Source of the DNA: Eledone cirrhosa
Taxonomy: Eukaryota
Direction of reading: 5' to 3'
DNA: 64,000 bases
NCBI GenBank assembly: GCA_964016885.1
Contig: OZ024743.1
Coordinates: 202,926,001-202,990,000, forward strand
The position numbers and the translations under genes were made by a program. Shown here in pieces: positions 42,585 to 57,012 of this stretch. Numbering within the stretch: position 1 is the first letter of the stretch; every line of letters starts with the position of its first letter. The notes under the pieces are model-generated. The model searched no databases. It saw nothing but the letters and a program-made list of their open reading frames with translations, and had not been told where the DNA came from.

Positions 42585-43171
42585 CACACACTTTGTACAT
42601 AAAATAAATATCATTGTTGATAAAACGCTTGTTGAGTTATGATAATTTTCTTTTGTTTTTATCTAACTATGCTTGCAAGGCAGGTCAGAAGGAGATACAA
42701 TTTACCAATTAATTTATACAGAAGAATTTAAAAAGTTGTTCTTAGTCGGGGTCACCAATAAAGAAAAACGATATATCGTCCAGGTGTGTGAACGACATCT
42801 CATCTTTCTAATATAGGTTAATTATAAGAGAAGGGCTTTAACGATAAAATGAGTAATCTTTTTATTAAATGATACATTTAATAAAACACAACATAATAAT
42901 TAAATTCACAGGACATACTTTGCAAGCTAAACGGCAATGGCTTAATTACAAGAAGAGATATGAAAAGGATATGTGTCGAGATAGAATATGAGACATCACG
43001 AAATCTCTTGGTCAAAAAAAGGCGTTTCCACAAAGTACGTCAGGTTTACATTGGCGTCTCTTCTTTTTTAAGAGCGCCGAGATAAGGGAAGTAATTCGCT
43101 ATGTTTTGTGTTACCCACAGGTGGCGACACTGCGTTGCTATAGTCAACACACTGTCGCCATAGTTACTACG
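42585..43171 (-). repeat. 5' LTR
   Basis: Direct repeat of 37234-37827 with scattered substitutions and one ~8-bp indel. Confidence 0.92.
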
Positions 43172-43297
43172 CATACATATATATATATATAATATATATA
43201 TATACACATATATATACACACACATACACATATACACTCATATACATATATATATATATACATACATATACATATATATACACCCATACACATATAA

Positions 43298-43340
<43 letters not shown>

Positions 43341-43426
43341 TACATATACACACATATATACATATACACATATACATATATATACATACATACATCCACA
43401 CACTATACTTACATATACATATACAC

Positions 43427-43457
<31 letters not shown>

Positions 43458-43618
43458 TACATACGCATATATATATATACACACATATACACATATATAC
43501 ATCCATATATACAAGCATACGCATACATACACATACACACATATATACATATATATACACATAAACGTTACTTACTGTGGTTACCTCCGATTCAACCCGG
43601 AATAAGGTATACATATAC

Positions 43619-43667
<49 letters not shown>

Positions 43668-43790
43668 CTGTTGGAATCCGCTAGACAGCGCTAGTCGTCA
43701 ACTTATCAATATCCATATGTAAAGGGCTTCCCAAATGTTTATTGTAAACATATCTTATATCTTTAGATATACATACAAAACTCACATACT

Positions 43791-43901
<111 letters not shown>

Positions 43902-43956
43902 GTGTGTGCGTGTGTGTGAGTGTGTGTGTGAGTGTGTGTTGGTGTGTGTTGGTGTA

Positions 43957-43990
<34 letters not shown>

Positions 43991-44224
43991 CATATATATA
44001 TATGTACATATATATACATATATATATATGAATGTATGTATAGTATATTTGGCAATATACCGTAAAGAAGTAAGTGACATAGTGACTACTTTAAAACCGA
44101 TAGCGTAGGGTCTTCAAAATATGTTTAATTAAACATAAACATATGGTATATTGCCAAATATACTATACATACATTCATGTATACATCGCTATTTCAGACC
44201 ACAAATCCTAATATATATATATAT

Positions 44225-44320
44225 AGGGTGTCCCAAACAAATGTATACACACTTCAACTGCATTTTAATAAATATTACCTGTACAGGTAATGTGTAAACA
44301 TTTTGGGGAGAGATCCTATA
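44225..44320. mobile_element. Tiny Tc1/mariner-like MITE relic
   Basis: TA-gggtgtcccaaa...tgtatacaca is imperfectly mirrored by tgtgtaaacatttttgggga...ccta; lies in (TA)n. Confidence 0.45.
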
Positions 44321-44367
44321 TATGTATATATATATAGGATCTCTTCCGAAAATGATTACAAATGAGG

Positions 44368-44422
<55 letters not shown>

Positions 44423-44945
44423 TCATCATCGTCATTAGTCATTGTCTCCAGAAATTAATGGTATTTCTGCATGACAATGTTTTCTGTTAAATCTATACGC
44501 TATTTATTTCTCTAGAGCGGAACAATTCGAGATTTATGAACATGTTCGCTGAAATAGCAAATGGAATAAACTGGTTTATTTTAGAACGGTATATTTAGAA
44601 AACGCATATATTTGGGGATTATATCCTCGTAATGAGTTGACCTCCATTTTGACAAGTATTTTACATGTATAATAATTATATATAGTAATTCTAGCATAAC
44701 ATCTGTAGCCTTTTAGTAATCCCATTGCACTATAGATTCTCTTTCACTTATTTAATCTCATTTTCTTTATCTTTCCATTATTCTCTCTCTCCCTCTCGCC
44801 TCCTCCATTTTCCACCCCCCTCACTCTCTCTATCTATCTTTATTTATCTTTCTCTCTCCATGCGTGTGGACATGTGTGAATTGTTATTTACATAAATACC
44901 TGTGTTTATATATATATGTACATAACAAAATATGTATATATGTAT

Positions 44946-45019
<74 letters not shown>

Positions 45020-46611
45020 ATGTATATAGATGGGATATGACAAAGTAATAATAATTTATTGAATATTTCTTTTCTAGAAACAGATGTCGATTTAATCCCA
45101 TTATTTTCCGTTCCTATTCAGCATTGTAATTCACGAATTGTAGTACTGCTTATCTTTCAAAAGGTGGACAGATCTACGTGGTAACACATGCATGATACGC
45201 TTCAGTAGATTACCGCAATAATAATGATGATGATTTCCAACACCGTTTCTATTCTAAATCCATGTATATGTGGATGTGGGTGTAGTCTATTTAATCAGCT
45301 TATGTGCTTTATTTATTGTCTCAAACCAACGAGAGTGAATATAATTCGTTGCTGGAGTTTCTATAAATAATAACTATGTCCCCCTCAAATAAAATTCTGT
45401 CGCCGTAAATTGTTTCCGCTTAGCAAATTTCATTTACAATGTATATGTCAACTGGGTGCGATAGAAGCGGGCTTTTGCTCAAGTTTGTGTTCGGTACAAT
45501 TTAAACATATGATTGCAAAACGATCTTCGCAACTCTATAATCATGTATGTACCACAAATATAGTCCAGGGGGTTTTATTTCAACCTATATATATTGATAT
45601 TCCGCGTTTTATAGAATACAATTTGATTTGTCTTACTGGATCCATTTTTCAATTATATATATTTATGGACTTTAGTATAGCTCTGTTGATTTGTTCCGCT
45701 GTTTATACATTTACATAGGATGATTTATATGTGGGTATTTGGGTTACAATACATTTGGCATCAGCCTATATCATATAAATGGTATAGCTAGCCGCAAACA
45801 TAACGCTAAAATGGGAATTCACGTTATGAAACCTAACTTCTTAAAAGGACAGCTATGATTGCATGCTGGTTTCATTTTCTCTCATTTTTATATATTATGA
45901 CTTAATTTTCGTGTTCATATAATATTTAATATTACAAACATCATTGCTTATTTCTGTGTATAGCAACGATTTGTGATAGACCGTATTTATATTATAATCA
46001 GAAACTGTTCAGCTAAATATATTACATTCAATTGCTTGATCCATTTAGGAATGTAAACAATCATTTAACTTTAGTGAAACAGCAATCAAATATTCCTACT
46101 AACTTAAAATAAAGGTAAATTGTGTATTTAATCTGGAAAGTTTGTTTATAAGAGAAGATAACTTGATAATTTCCATCATGTCTGTTCGTTCAGTAATAAT
46201 AACAACAATAGGAACAAAAACCAACAAGAATAACAAAACAAGAATAACACAAGTAAGGAGATATGATCAAAGGGAAATATTTTCATTGTAAATATGATTT
46301 CTACTATACTGAAAATGAAAGGAAATTACATACTCTTGCAGAGTGATAACCAAAATGTCCAGAAGGGGTTTAGATATTGAAGCTATTGATAGTAAATAAT
46401 GTAAAGAGAACAGATAGTTATGTATTAGTCAGAAGTAGAATGATATCGCTATAAAGCAGGGAATAAGGTTCAGAAGTTCTGCCATTTCGGTCGACATGGT
46501 TGAACACGAAGAAATCAAGACACGTAGTTTGTTATAGTAAGATACAAGGACTAGCCCTAAAGTTTACTATAGTGTAGATTCCCCTGTAGGCAACTAATGA
46601 TATATATATAA

Positions 46612-46720
<109 letters not shown>

Positions 46721-47575
46721 TATATAGAGATACATGTGTGTGCGATAAAGTAAGAATAGACATTAAAGTTATGTTAAGAGTAAATAACATGCATTTAGTA
46801 GTGTCACATAAAGTACAATAGTACAATGCATTGAGACAGACATGGATATCTATGAATACACACACACACACACACACATCCATATATATATATATATGTA
46901 TGTATATATTTGTGTATATATCCATATATATGTGTATATATATATATATATACAGAGAGACTGCGAGAGAATTAGAATAAATGCTAAACATACATTACAT
47001 TTGCAGTAAATAACATACATTTAGATGCGTCGCATAAAGGACAATCAATACTATACATTTGGAATCGGCAAAATATGTAGAATGTAATTATATTAGGTAT
47101 ACTTTTCTTTCTGAACTATACATGTGCATGTAGATATACGCATGTTAGTGTATGAGGGTATTAATAAGTATATGTATGCATATATACATAAAATATGTAT
47201 TACTATTATATTATTATTATATATCTATATACATTAAATATGTATTATTAAAAATGTATATATACATATATGTGTGTATTATATGCATACACATATATTT
47301 GTGTATTAATAAATATATATATATATGTATATATACATATATATGCATACATATATACACACACACGTATATGTGTGAATGTGTTTCTCTGTATTGTTGA
47401 GCGTCTATGCCCATGCGTGTGTGCTTGTGTTACTGTATGTTTGTGTGCGAGCATATGAAAATATGGCTTCCATAACTGTGTATTGATTGCTAGGTTTCAT
47501 GCATATATAGTCTTCACCATATTATATACTTACACGCACATACGGACACACACTCAGACACACACACACACAAAC

Positions 47576-47635
<60 letters not shown>

Positions 47636-47773
47636 ATATATATATTCATATACATATGTATATTTATATTTATATATATACATATATATACATATATATA
47701 CACATGTGCAAAACACACACTCACACTTACTCATACACACACATGTGTGTGTGTGCTTGTGCGAATGTGTGTG

Positions 47774-47886
<113 letters not shown>

Positions 47887-48222
47887 GTGTATGTGTGTGT
47901 ATTTGTGATTGAAATTTCGAACATACATAAAAGGTTTCTTCAGATCTGTATGTACTGATATACACTTTTTTATTATACTATATTACATCTTCAAATAAAG
48001 AGTTTATGCGGAAACACTGATATATATAGGTCGCGGAGAATAGATGGCTTTACATAAGTTTACCTTTAATATTAATGATAGATCTGAGGCTTAGGTAAGT
48101 AGGTAATTTAGTGCAGTTTACAATGAACTTAATGAATACGCCGTCGCATCAGTTGCATATTTGATGTCGACGATTAAAGATTTGGTTTAGCACTGGGAAA
48201 TATATATATGTATGTGTGTGAA

Positions 48223-48329
<107 letters not shown>

Positions 48330-48497
48330 GGGCGGAGAGAGAAGGTGAAGTTGGAAAGAGCACGGAAAATATATTTAAGGGTCTGTTTTTCTTTTTTGAT
48401 TCGTCAAAGTGAATTATTGAATATATGACATTATTGAAAAAGTGAGAGGGACAATTCTTTTAAAAAAAAATGTTATAATGTATATAATGTATATAAA

Positions 48498-48543
48498 GAA
48501 TTACCGGTTTCGATGTATTGTTAAAATCCATCTTATCAAATGT
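48498..48543 (-). ncRNA. Hammerhead, U3-A8 variant with weak stem I
   Basis: ACAU-UUGAUAA-GAUG...CAUC-GAAA-CCGG-UA^AUUC. Confidence 0.62.
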
Positions 48544-48819
48544 TGAGTATTGAACATCCATCTTTCTTGCTCAAAATATGGTGGTACCACCAAATATTGA
48601 GGAAGTAGGATGGAAGAAAATTTACTCCAACATTTGATTTTAATATTTTAAATCCTTAGTTTTTAACTCCTATTAATTCTTTTTAATGTTTATTTCAATA
48701 CTCAACATGTGATAACGCATTGCACTGGCTTTTAAACTCATCAGTCATAAAAACCTGGGAATTAGACCATAACATTTATCTAGATTCGGATCATACCAAG
48801 AGTACTTTTAATATTAGTT

Positions 48820-49031
48820 TCGGACTTAGGCACAAGGCCAACAATTTTAAGGGAGGGGAAAGTCGATTATATCAACCCCAGTTCATTATTTGTACTTTAG
48901 TTTATCAAACCCGTAAATATAAAACGCAAAGCTAATCTCGGCTAGATTTGAACTCAGGTCGTAAAGCGGCGTAATTCATTGCCATAAAGCTTGTTGTTCG
49001 AGGCTATACGGACACTGCCAATCCACCACCC
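48820..49031 (-). mobile_element. Diverged Nin/Deu-core SINE
   Basis: ttaggcacaaggccaacaatttt...atttgaactcag...actgccaatccaccaccc. Confidence 0.8.
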
Positions 49032-49613
49032 TAGGAGAACTTTTAATATTGTAATTCATTTAACCAACGAAAACACTAACGATTGTCAAATACACCAAAT
49101 AAAGCCTAAAGTAAGAAAATATCAATTTTACATGGATGACCGGACTACGTTTCCTAATTATTTAAAAGCGCAATTATCGCCCTACAATAGATTTTATAAT
49201 ATCCAATCAGCTAACGCGCTAAAAACAAGTCCGCAAATTTTTATTGATAAAATATGTTACTATCACTGAGAAAGCAGCTTATACTTATGTCAATAATAAA
49301 GATAACATCTACAATACGGCACGATGAAGTGAAGAATTAAAACAAATAAGAAACTAAATGACCCAAACATTAAAAGGACGGAAACACTATTCAATAGAAA
49401 CCAACTATGTAAAATATAAAGAGCTAACAAAACGTTCAAAAGACAAATAAAACAAGGCGAAATATTATTTCTGGTCTAGCTAAACTGGAGCTCATGAGCA
49501 ATATATGAAGCAGACATAACACAATGCCCCCCCCCCCAAAAAAAAAAAATCAAGAGCTATATATATATATAGAGATAGAGAGCTATATATATATATAATC
49601 AAGAGCTATATAT

Positions 49614-49789
<176 letters not shown>

Positions 49790-49987
49790 ACGTACATACA
49801 TATATGTATACAGACGTACAGTAGTATGTATATGTATACATACATGCACACATATATATATGCACGTATCGGTTTATCGAAGATTTATTATAATGCACGG
49901 TTTGTTTGTAAACAAACAAACAGCCCGAATTATGCCGTACAGTGTTTAGGCAACCACGTCACCTTTTTGTTCAACACTGATACAGGA

Positions 49988-50030
49988 ACGATGTACTCGT
50001 TTCAAGCTTATTAGCTATCGTCAGCATCGT
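49988..50030 (-). ncRNA. Hammerhead in the inverted unit
   Basis: ACGAUG-CUGACGA-UAGCU AAUA AGCUU-GAAA-CGAG-UA^CAUCGU. Confidence 0.82.
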
Positions 50031-50405
50031 ATACCTTCCAGCCAGATGGTTGAACGTCTGAAAGTATATACTTTCCTTATGCATATTAACGGCTTCATAA
50101 ACGGAGCATTATAATAAATCTTCGGTAAATGATACGTGCATATATACATGTGCATGTATGTATATATACACATACTACTGTACGTCTGTATACATATATG
50201 TATGTACGTATACATACATACTTACATTTAAGTAACTGCCGTACTAAGAGTGAGAAATGAAATTTCATTTCTTCTATTCCATTTATCGTTTTCGGTGCGC
50301 CCGGCCTACTAAACTCACTCGATATGCCAATTAGGCTGCTCGGCCGTTAATATGCATAAGGAAAGTATATAATTTCAGACGTTCAACCATCTGGCTGGAA
50401 GGTAT

Positions 50406-50448
50406 ACGATGCTGACGATAGCTAATAAGCTTGAAACTAGTACATCGT
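50406..50448 (+). ncRNA. Minimal type I hammerhead (intact core)
   Basis: ACGAUG-CUGACGA-UAGCU AAUA AGCUU-GAAA-CUAG-UA^CAUCGU; perfect 6-bp stem I. Confidence 0.87.
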
Positions 50449-50842
50449 TCCTGTGTCAATGTTGAACAAAAAGGTGACATGGTTGCCTAAACACTATACG
50501 GCATAATTCGGGCTGTTTGTTTGTTTACAAACAAACCGAGCATTATAATAAATGTTCGGTAAACCGATACGTGCATATATATATGTGTGCATGTATGTAT
50601 ATATATACATACTACTGTACGTCAGTATGCATATATGTATGTACGTATACATACATACTTACATTTAAGTAACTGCCTTACTAAGAGTGAGAAATGAAAA
50701 TTCGTTTCTTCTATTCCATTTATCGTTTTCGGTGCGCCCGGCCGTCTACACTCACTCGATATGCAAATTAGGCTGCTGAGCCGTTAATATGCATAAGGAA
50801 AGTATACACTTTCAGACGTTCGACCGTATGACAGGAAGCTAT

Positions 50843-50885
50843 ACGATTCTGACGATAGCTAATAAGCTTGAAACGAGTACATCGT
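50843..50885 (+). ncRNA. Hammerhead with a stem I mismatch next to the core
   Basis: ACGAUU-CUGACGA-...-GAAA-CGAG-UA^CAUCGU. Confidence 0.75.
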
Positions 50886-51166
50886 TCCTGTGTCAGTGTT
50901 GAACAAAAAGGGGACGTGGTTGCCTAAACACTGTGCGGCATAATTCGGGCTGTTTGTTTACAAACAAACCGAGCATTATAATAAATGTTCGGTAAACCGA
51001 TACGTGCATATATATATGTGTGCATGTATGTATATATATATATACATACTACTGTATGTCTGTATACATATATGTATGTACGTATACATACATACATACT
51101 TACATTTAAGTAACTGCCGTACTAAGAGTGAGAAATGAAATTTCGTTTCTTCTATTTCATTTATAA

Positions 51167-51198
<32 letters not shown>

Positions 51199-51222
51199 AT
51201 ATATATATATATATGTATGTGG

Positions 51223-51294
<72 letters not shown>

Positions 51295-51495
51295 TTGTGT
51301 CTATATTGTATCTGTATTATTTTTGACCGCAGGTCAGTCAATGGCAACATTGAGGACCGAGTAAGTTAGATCGCAGATATAAAAGACGAGAAGCGAAAAC
51401 CAACCAAACAGTGAGTGTGTTCTGTTATTAATTCTGGCAATATTACGCAAATATGACCCTCCCCAAATATAACAATATATATATATATATATACA

Positions 51496-51537
<42 letters not shown>

Positions 51538-51538
51538 C

Positions 51539-51572
<34 letters not shown>

Positions 51573-51574
<2 letters not shown>

Positions 51575-53937
51575 GGATAAATGCCTTCACAGAGTCTCAT
51601 GAGCTGTTAGCCCAACTTTACAATGAAATAGTTAAGGAGCCAGGAAAGATACCTTCATGGCTAGTTAACGGCATTACATTCCTGCTTCCGAAGAATGATG
51701 AGACAAACAATCCCAAAAATTACAGACCGATAACCTGCTTGACCACAATGTATAACATTTTAACATCAGTCCTAACTGAATACACACATGACCACCTGAT
51801 AACAAATGACCTATTTCCCATTGAGCAGAAAGGGTATAAACGAGGCTCATATGGCTGTAAGGATCAGCTTCTGGTTAACAAAATGATACTGGAAGATTGT
51901 CATAATAGACATAAAAATCTATCGATTGCTTGGATAGATTATAAAAAAGCATTTGATAGTTTGCCACACAGTTGGATTGAAAAATGTTTAGAGATTTTCA
52001 AAGTATCCCCCGTTGTCAGGAGGTTTTTGTCATTCAGTATGAAGACATGGAAAACGACACTCCTTTTGAATAGTGAAACAAAATCACTGGAAGCTGGAGA
52101 AGATAATATTAATTGTGGAATTTTTCAGGGTGACTCTTTCTCACCGCTTTTATTCTGCATCGCACTTATACCATTAAGTAAAATGCTCAATGAAACAAAA
52201 CATGGATATAGAGTCTATGACAAAACCATTAATCACTTGTTCTACATGGATGACCTGAAACTATTTGCAAAAAAATGATGAACAATTGCAATGGCTATTA
52301 TCCAATGTGAAACAGTTCAGTGATGACATTAAAATGGAGTTTGGACTAGATAAATGCGCCAAAGCAACGTTCACCAGAGGAAAGCTGCTGAAGAGTTCAG
52401 ACATTAATCTTGATCGGGGGAACGTGATAAGAGAACTTGATCAAGAAAAAACTTACAAATATCTAGGTGTTTGTGAAGGAGACGGAATCAAGCACTCGAC
52501 AATGAGGGAAAGGATAAGGAAGGAATGTTACCGCAGAGTAAGAGCCATCTTAAGAACGGAATTGAATGCAAGGAATAGGATCGATGCCATAAACACGCTT
52601 GCCATACCAGTAGTAACCTACAGTTAGAATGTCATCAACTGGTCAAGCACAGAGATCCGTAGGCTCGATACAAAAATTCGAAAATACTTAACCATGCACA
52701 GAATGCATCACCCTAAAGCAGATATAGATAGAATATATCTCCCTAGGAAAGAAGGAGGACGTGGGTTAATCCAGTTAGACATTGCGTTGAAAACTGCAAC
52801 AATTGGATTATCTACATATCTAAGGGAATCACATGATTGGATGATCAAACTCGTTTTGAAACACGAAAGCATCAAAAGATCATATTCCATTACAAAAGAT
52901 GCACAAAGATACAGTAATGGACTACAAATTTCAGAAGTCCCATTTACTGCTGAAATGGAAAACACAGAAAAAGCAAAGCAGGTAAAAGTAACTGCAAAGA
53001 AAGAACTGCTACAGAAACTGGCTAAGAAATGGCAAGAAAAGCCTCTGTATGGAAAATACCCAGAGCGAGCTAACAATCCTGATGTTGACAAAACTTTAAC
53101 CCATCAGTGGTTGGCATCCTCTGGACTGAAATCGGAGACTGAAGGACTGATTATATCGGCACAAGATCAGTGTCTGCCAACAAAAAATTACCAAGCCAAC
53201 ATAATAAAAAATGGGTGCAGCCCATTATGCCGTGTATGCAAAAAAGAACCAGAGACCATTGACCATATAATTTCAATGTGCAGTCCTATAGCTCCAACCG
53301 AATACCTAAACAGGCATGACAGAGCTGCACAATACATACATTGGATAATGTGTAAGCATTTTGACCTGCCCCATCAAAAGAATTGGTGGGAGCATCAACC
53401 ACCTCCCATACTTGAAAAAATCACATCTCAATCTTGTGGAACTTTAGCATCCAAACAGACCGAAAAATAGATGCAAACAGACCTGATATAATATTGAAGG
53501 ACTTTCAAAAGAGGGTATGCCTGCTAATTGATATGTCTGTTCCAATAGACAAGAATGTATCTATAAAAACATTTGAAAAATTGAGCAAGTATAAGGACCT
53601 GGAGATAGAAATTGGAAAAATGTGGAAATTGAGAACTAAAACAATACCAGTGTTTGTAGGCGCTCTGGGAATGATACCTAAGGGGTCTAATGATTACTTA
53701 TCGCAAATCCCAGGAAACCCGCGTATAGGAGAAATACAAAAGATAGTACTAATGGGAACTGCCCATATACTAAGGACGATTCTGTCAATATAAGTACATC
53801 ACAAGTCTAAACACTAAAGATGTATGTGTGAGTATGTATGTTCTTTCTTGAACATGGCGGACCTTGTTGTCTCTTGAGGTCACTGGTTGTGACTTGGTGA
53901 TAACTCGTATGAACATAAAGCAAGATAAATGCAACTG
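51573..53937 (+). mobile_element. R4/Dong-like non-LTR retrotransposon, family A copy 1 (5'-truncated, disrupted)
   Basis: RT YRPITCL, DYKKAFD, GIFQGD, HLFYMDDLK; CCHC CRVC..ETIDHI..C; RLE RPDII..LIDMS..EKLSKY; bounded by (TAA)n. Confidence 0.93.
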
Positions 53938-53970
53938 TAGTAATAATAATAATAATAAGAAGAAGAAGAA

Positions 53971-54872
53971 GAAAAGCCTCTGTATGTAAAATACCCAGAG
54001 CGAGCTAACAATCCTGATGTTAACAAAACATTAACCCATCAGTGGTTGGCATCCTCTGGACTGAAATCGGAGACTGAAGGACTGATTATATCAGCACAAG
54101 ATCAGTGTCTGCCAACAAAAAATTACCAAGCCAACATAATAAAAAATGGATGCAGCCCATTATGCCGTGTATGCAAAAAACAACCAGAGACCATTGACCA
54201 TATAATTTCAATGTGCAGTCCTATAGCTCCAACCGAATACCTAAACAGGCATGACAGAGCTGCACAATACATACATTGGATAATGTGTAAGCATTTTGAC
54301 CTGCCCCATCAAAAGAATTGGTGGGAGCATCAACCACCTCCCATACTTGAAATAGATCACATCTCAATCTTGTGGAACTTTAGCATCCAAACAGACCGAA
54401 AAATAGATGTAAATAGACCTGATATAATATTGAGGGACTTTAAAAAGAGGGTATGCCTGCTAATTGATATGTCTGTTCCAATAGACAAGAATGTATCTAT
54501 AAAAACATTTGAAAAATTGAGCAAGTATAAGGACCTGGAGATAGAAATTGGAAAAATGTGGAAATTGAGAACTAAAACAATACCAGTGGTTGTAGGCGCT
54601 CTTGGAATGATACCTAAGGGGTCTAATGATTACTTATCGCCAATCCCAGGAAACCCGCGTATATGAGAAATACAAAAGATAGTACTAATGGGAACTGCCC
54701 ATATACTAAGGAAGATTCTGTCAATATAAGTACATCACAAGTCTAAACACTAAAGATGCATGTGTTAGTGTGTATTTTCTTTCTTGAACATGGCGGACCT
54801 TGTTGTCTCTTGAGGTCACTGGTTGTGACTTGGTGATAACTCGTATGAACATAAAGCAAGATAAATGCAACT

Positions 54873-54873
<1 letters not shown>
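53971..54873 (+). mobile_element. R4/Dong-like family A copy 2 (CCHC, RLE and 3' UTR only)
   Basis: Near-identical to 53035-53937; followed by (TAA)n. Confidence 0.93.
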
Positions 54874-54925
<52 letters not shown>

Positions 54926-54927
<2 letters not shown>

Positions 54928-56690
54928 GGCATTTGACATGGTGCCTCATTCTTAAGGCATTTGACATGGTGCCTCATTCTTGGATCACCAAAAGCCTGGA
55001 GATCTTCAAGGTGGCAGATAACATCAGGCAGTTGTTGGGCAAAAGTATGAAGTCCTGGGAAACAGAGTGAACATCAACTGGAGAATCCTTGGGAAGCGTG
55101 AAGAGCAAGAGAGGTATCTTCCAGGGAGATAGTCTGTCCCCTCTGTTGTTTGTCCTTGCCCTGTTGCCCCTGACCAGTCTACTTCTAAAAGTGAGAGCAG
55201 GATACAGGTTGGGAAAGGGAGGGCTTACCATCAATCACCTCCTCTTCATGGACGACCTTAAGCTCTTCGGGAAGAGTGAGAAGCAGTTGGATGTGCTTGT
55301 TGACACTGTCCGTATTTTCAGCAATAATATATGTATGCAATTTGGTATTAGTAAGTGTGGAGTCATTGTGATGAAGAGGGGTAAATTGAGCAGAAGTAAC
55401 GGAATCCAGGTACCAACAGGTGATATGATAAAGGAAATTGACTCTGAAGAAGGATACAAGTATTTGGGTGCTCTGGAGGCTGATGACATCAAGAACAAAA
55501 AATGAAGGAATTTATAAGAACTGAATACATTCGGAGAATAAGGAGCGTATTAAAGTCACATCTGAACAGTAGGAATGCCATAAGTGCAGTAAATTCCCAA
55601 GCTGTGTCTATTATTAGGTACAGTGCGGAAATTCTGAGATGGAATGTTGCTGAACAAAAAGAAATGGATAGAAAGACTAGGAAGCTATTGACTATCTACA
55701 ATATGTTCCACAAGAGGAGTGATGTCGATAGACTCTACTTAAGGAGATCTGAGGGTGGAAGAGGTCTTATCAGCATAGAGGACTGTGTTCAGATGGAGAA
55801 AAACAACCTACACAAATACGTGACTGATAGTAAGGAGCCAATGCTCAGAGCTGTTCTGAAGGAGGGGACAATAGGCCAGGGGATGTCCAAGGAGGAAATA
55901 ACATCAAGGGAAAGAGCAGCCTTCAGGAAAAATCCCTTCATAGTACCTTCTTTGAGAAAACTGAATTTAGAGATCAACAGACATGGAACTGGTTGAAAAG
56001 AGGAGACCTTAAAAAGGCTACAGAAGGAATGATAATGGCTGCGCAAGATCTGTGGAGAGAGAGAGGAGACTGTGGCTCACATTGTATCCGAGTGTAAACA
56101 CCTAGCCCAGACTCACTATAAGGGCTGGAGACATGATGTGATGGGCAGGGTGATCCACTAGCACCTATGCAAAGTAAACAATTTACCACATTCTGAGAAG
56201 TGGTATGAGCATAAGCCAGAGGGGGTGATAGAAAACGATCAGGTGAAGTTGCTATGGGATTTTAGGATACAGACGGACAAGAAACTGGAACACAATAGAC
56301 CTGACCTGGTGGTTTTGGACAAAGAAAAAAGATCGTGCCTGATTGTGGATGTGGCCTGCCCATTCGACACGAGAGTGCAAGAGAAGGAGAGGGAGAAAAT
56401 TAACCGGTACCAGGACTTAAAGTGGGAGGTAAAAAGGATTTGGAACTGCCATGAAGTCAAAGTGATCCCGATTGTCATAGGCACACTAGGGACTATCTCA
56501 AAAAGTTTCCAGGGATGGTTAAAGAAAATTGGCCCCTTCACGCTTTTTGGAACGCTTCAAAAGGCATGCTTGCTGGGAACAGCAAGAACTCTCCGATACG
56601 TCCTGAATATCTGAGGCTGCAGGTAGTGGCTTGATATTCATCTCAACAAACTTTCCAGTTAACTAACATCAATGACTGAGACTCAAAGAG
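54926..56690 (+). mobile_element. R4/Dong-like family B copy 1 (5'-truncated, internal deletion near 56047)
   Basis: GIFQGDSLSP, HLLFMDDLK, RPDLVV..IVDVACP; 28-bp tandem duplication at its 5' junction. Confidence 0.92.
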
Positions 56691-56719
56691 TAATAACAAT
56701 AATAATAATAATAATAATA

Positions 56720-56984
56720 GAGATAAAAAGGATTTGGAACTGCCATGAATTCAAAGTGATCCCGATTGTCATAGGCGCACTAGGGACTATCTCAAAATGT
56801 TTCCAGGGATGGTTAAAGAAAATTGGCCCCTTCACGCTTTTTGGAACGCTTCAGAAGGCATGCTTGCTGGGAACAGCAAGAACCCTCCGATACGTCCTGA
56901 ATATCTGAGGCTGCAGGTAGTGACTTGATATTCATTTCAACAAACTTTCCAGTTAACTAACATCAATGACTGAGACTCAAAGAG
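56720..56984 (+). mobile_element. R4/Dong-like family B copy 2 (3' 265 bp)
   Basis: Matches ~56426-56690; bounded by (TAA)n. Confidence 0.9.
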
Positions 56985-57012
56985 TAATAACAACAATAAT
57001 AATAATAATAAT

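Larger units (their letters stand above)
37234..43171 (-). mobile_element. Full-length Ty3/Gypsy LTR retrotransposon (CsRn1-like), pol disrupted
   Basis: Two ~590-bp direct LTRs; order gag-PR-RT-RNaseH-IN; Gag CHCC motif CWYH...C..PC. Confidence 0.95.

Noticed and set aside
47907-47946. Hammerhead-like CUGAAGA...GAAA on the minus strand
   Set aside because: Stems are only 3 bp and the cleavage-site register is off by one; too weak to call.
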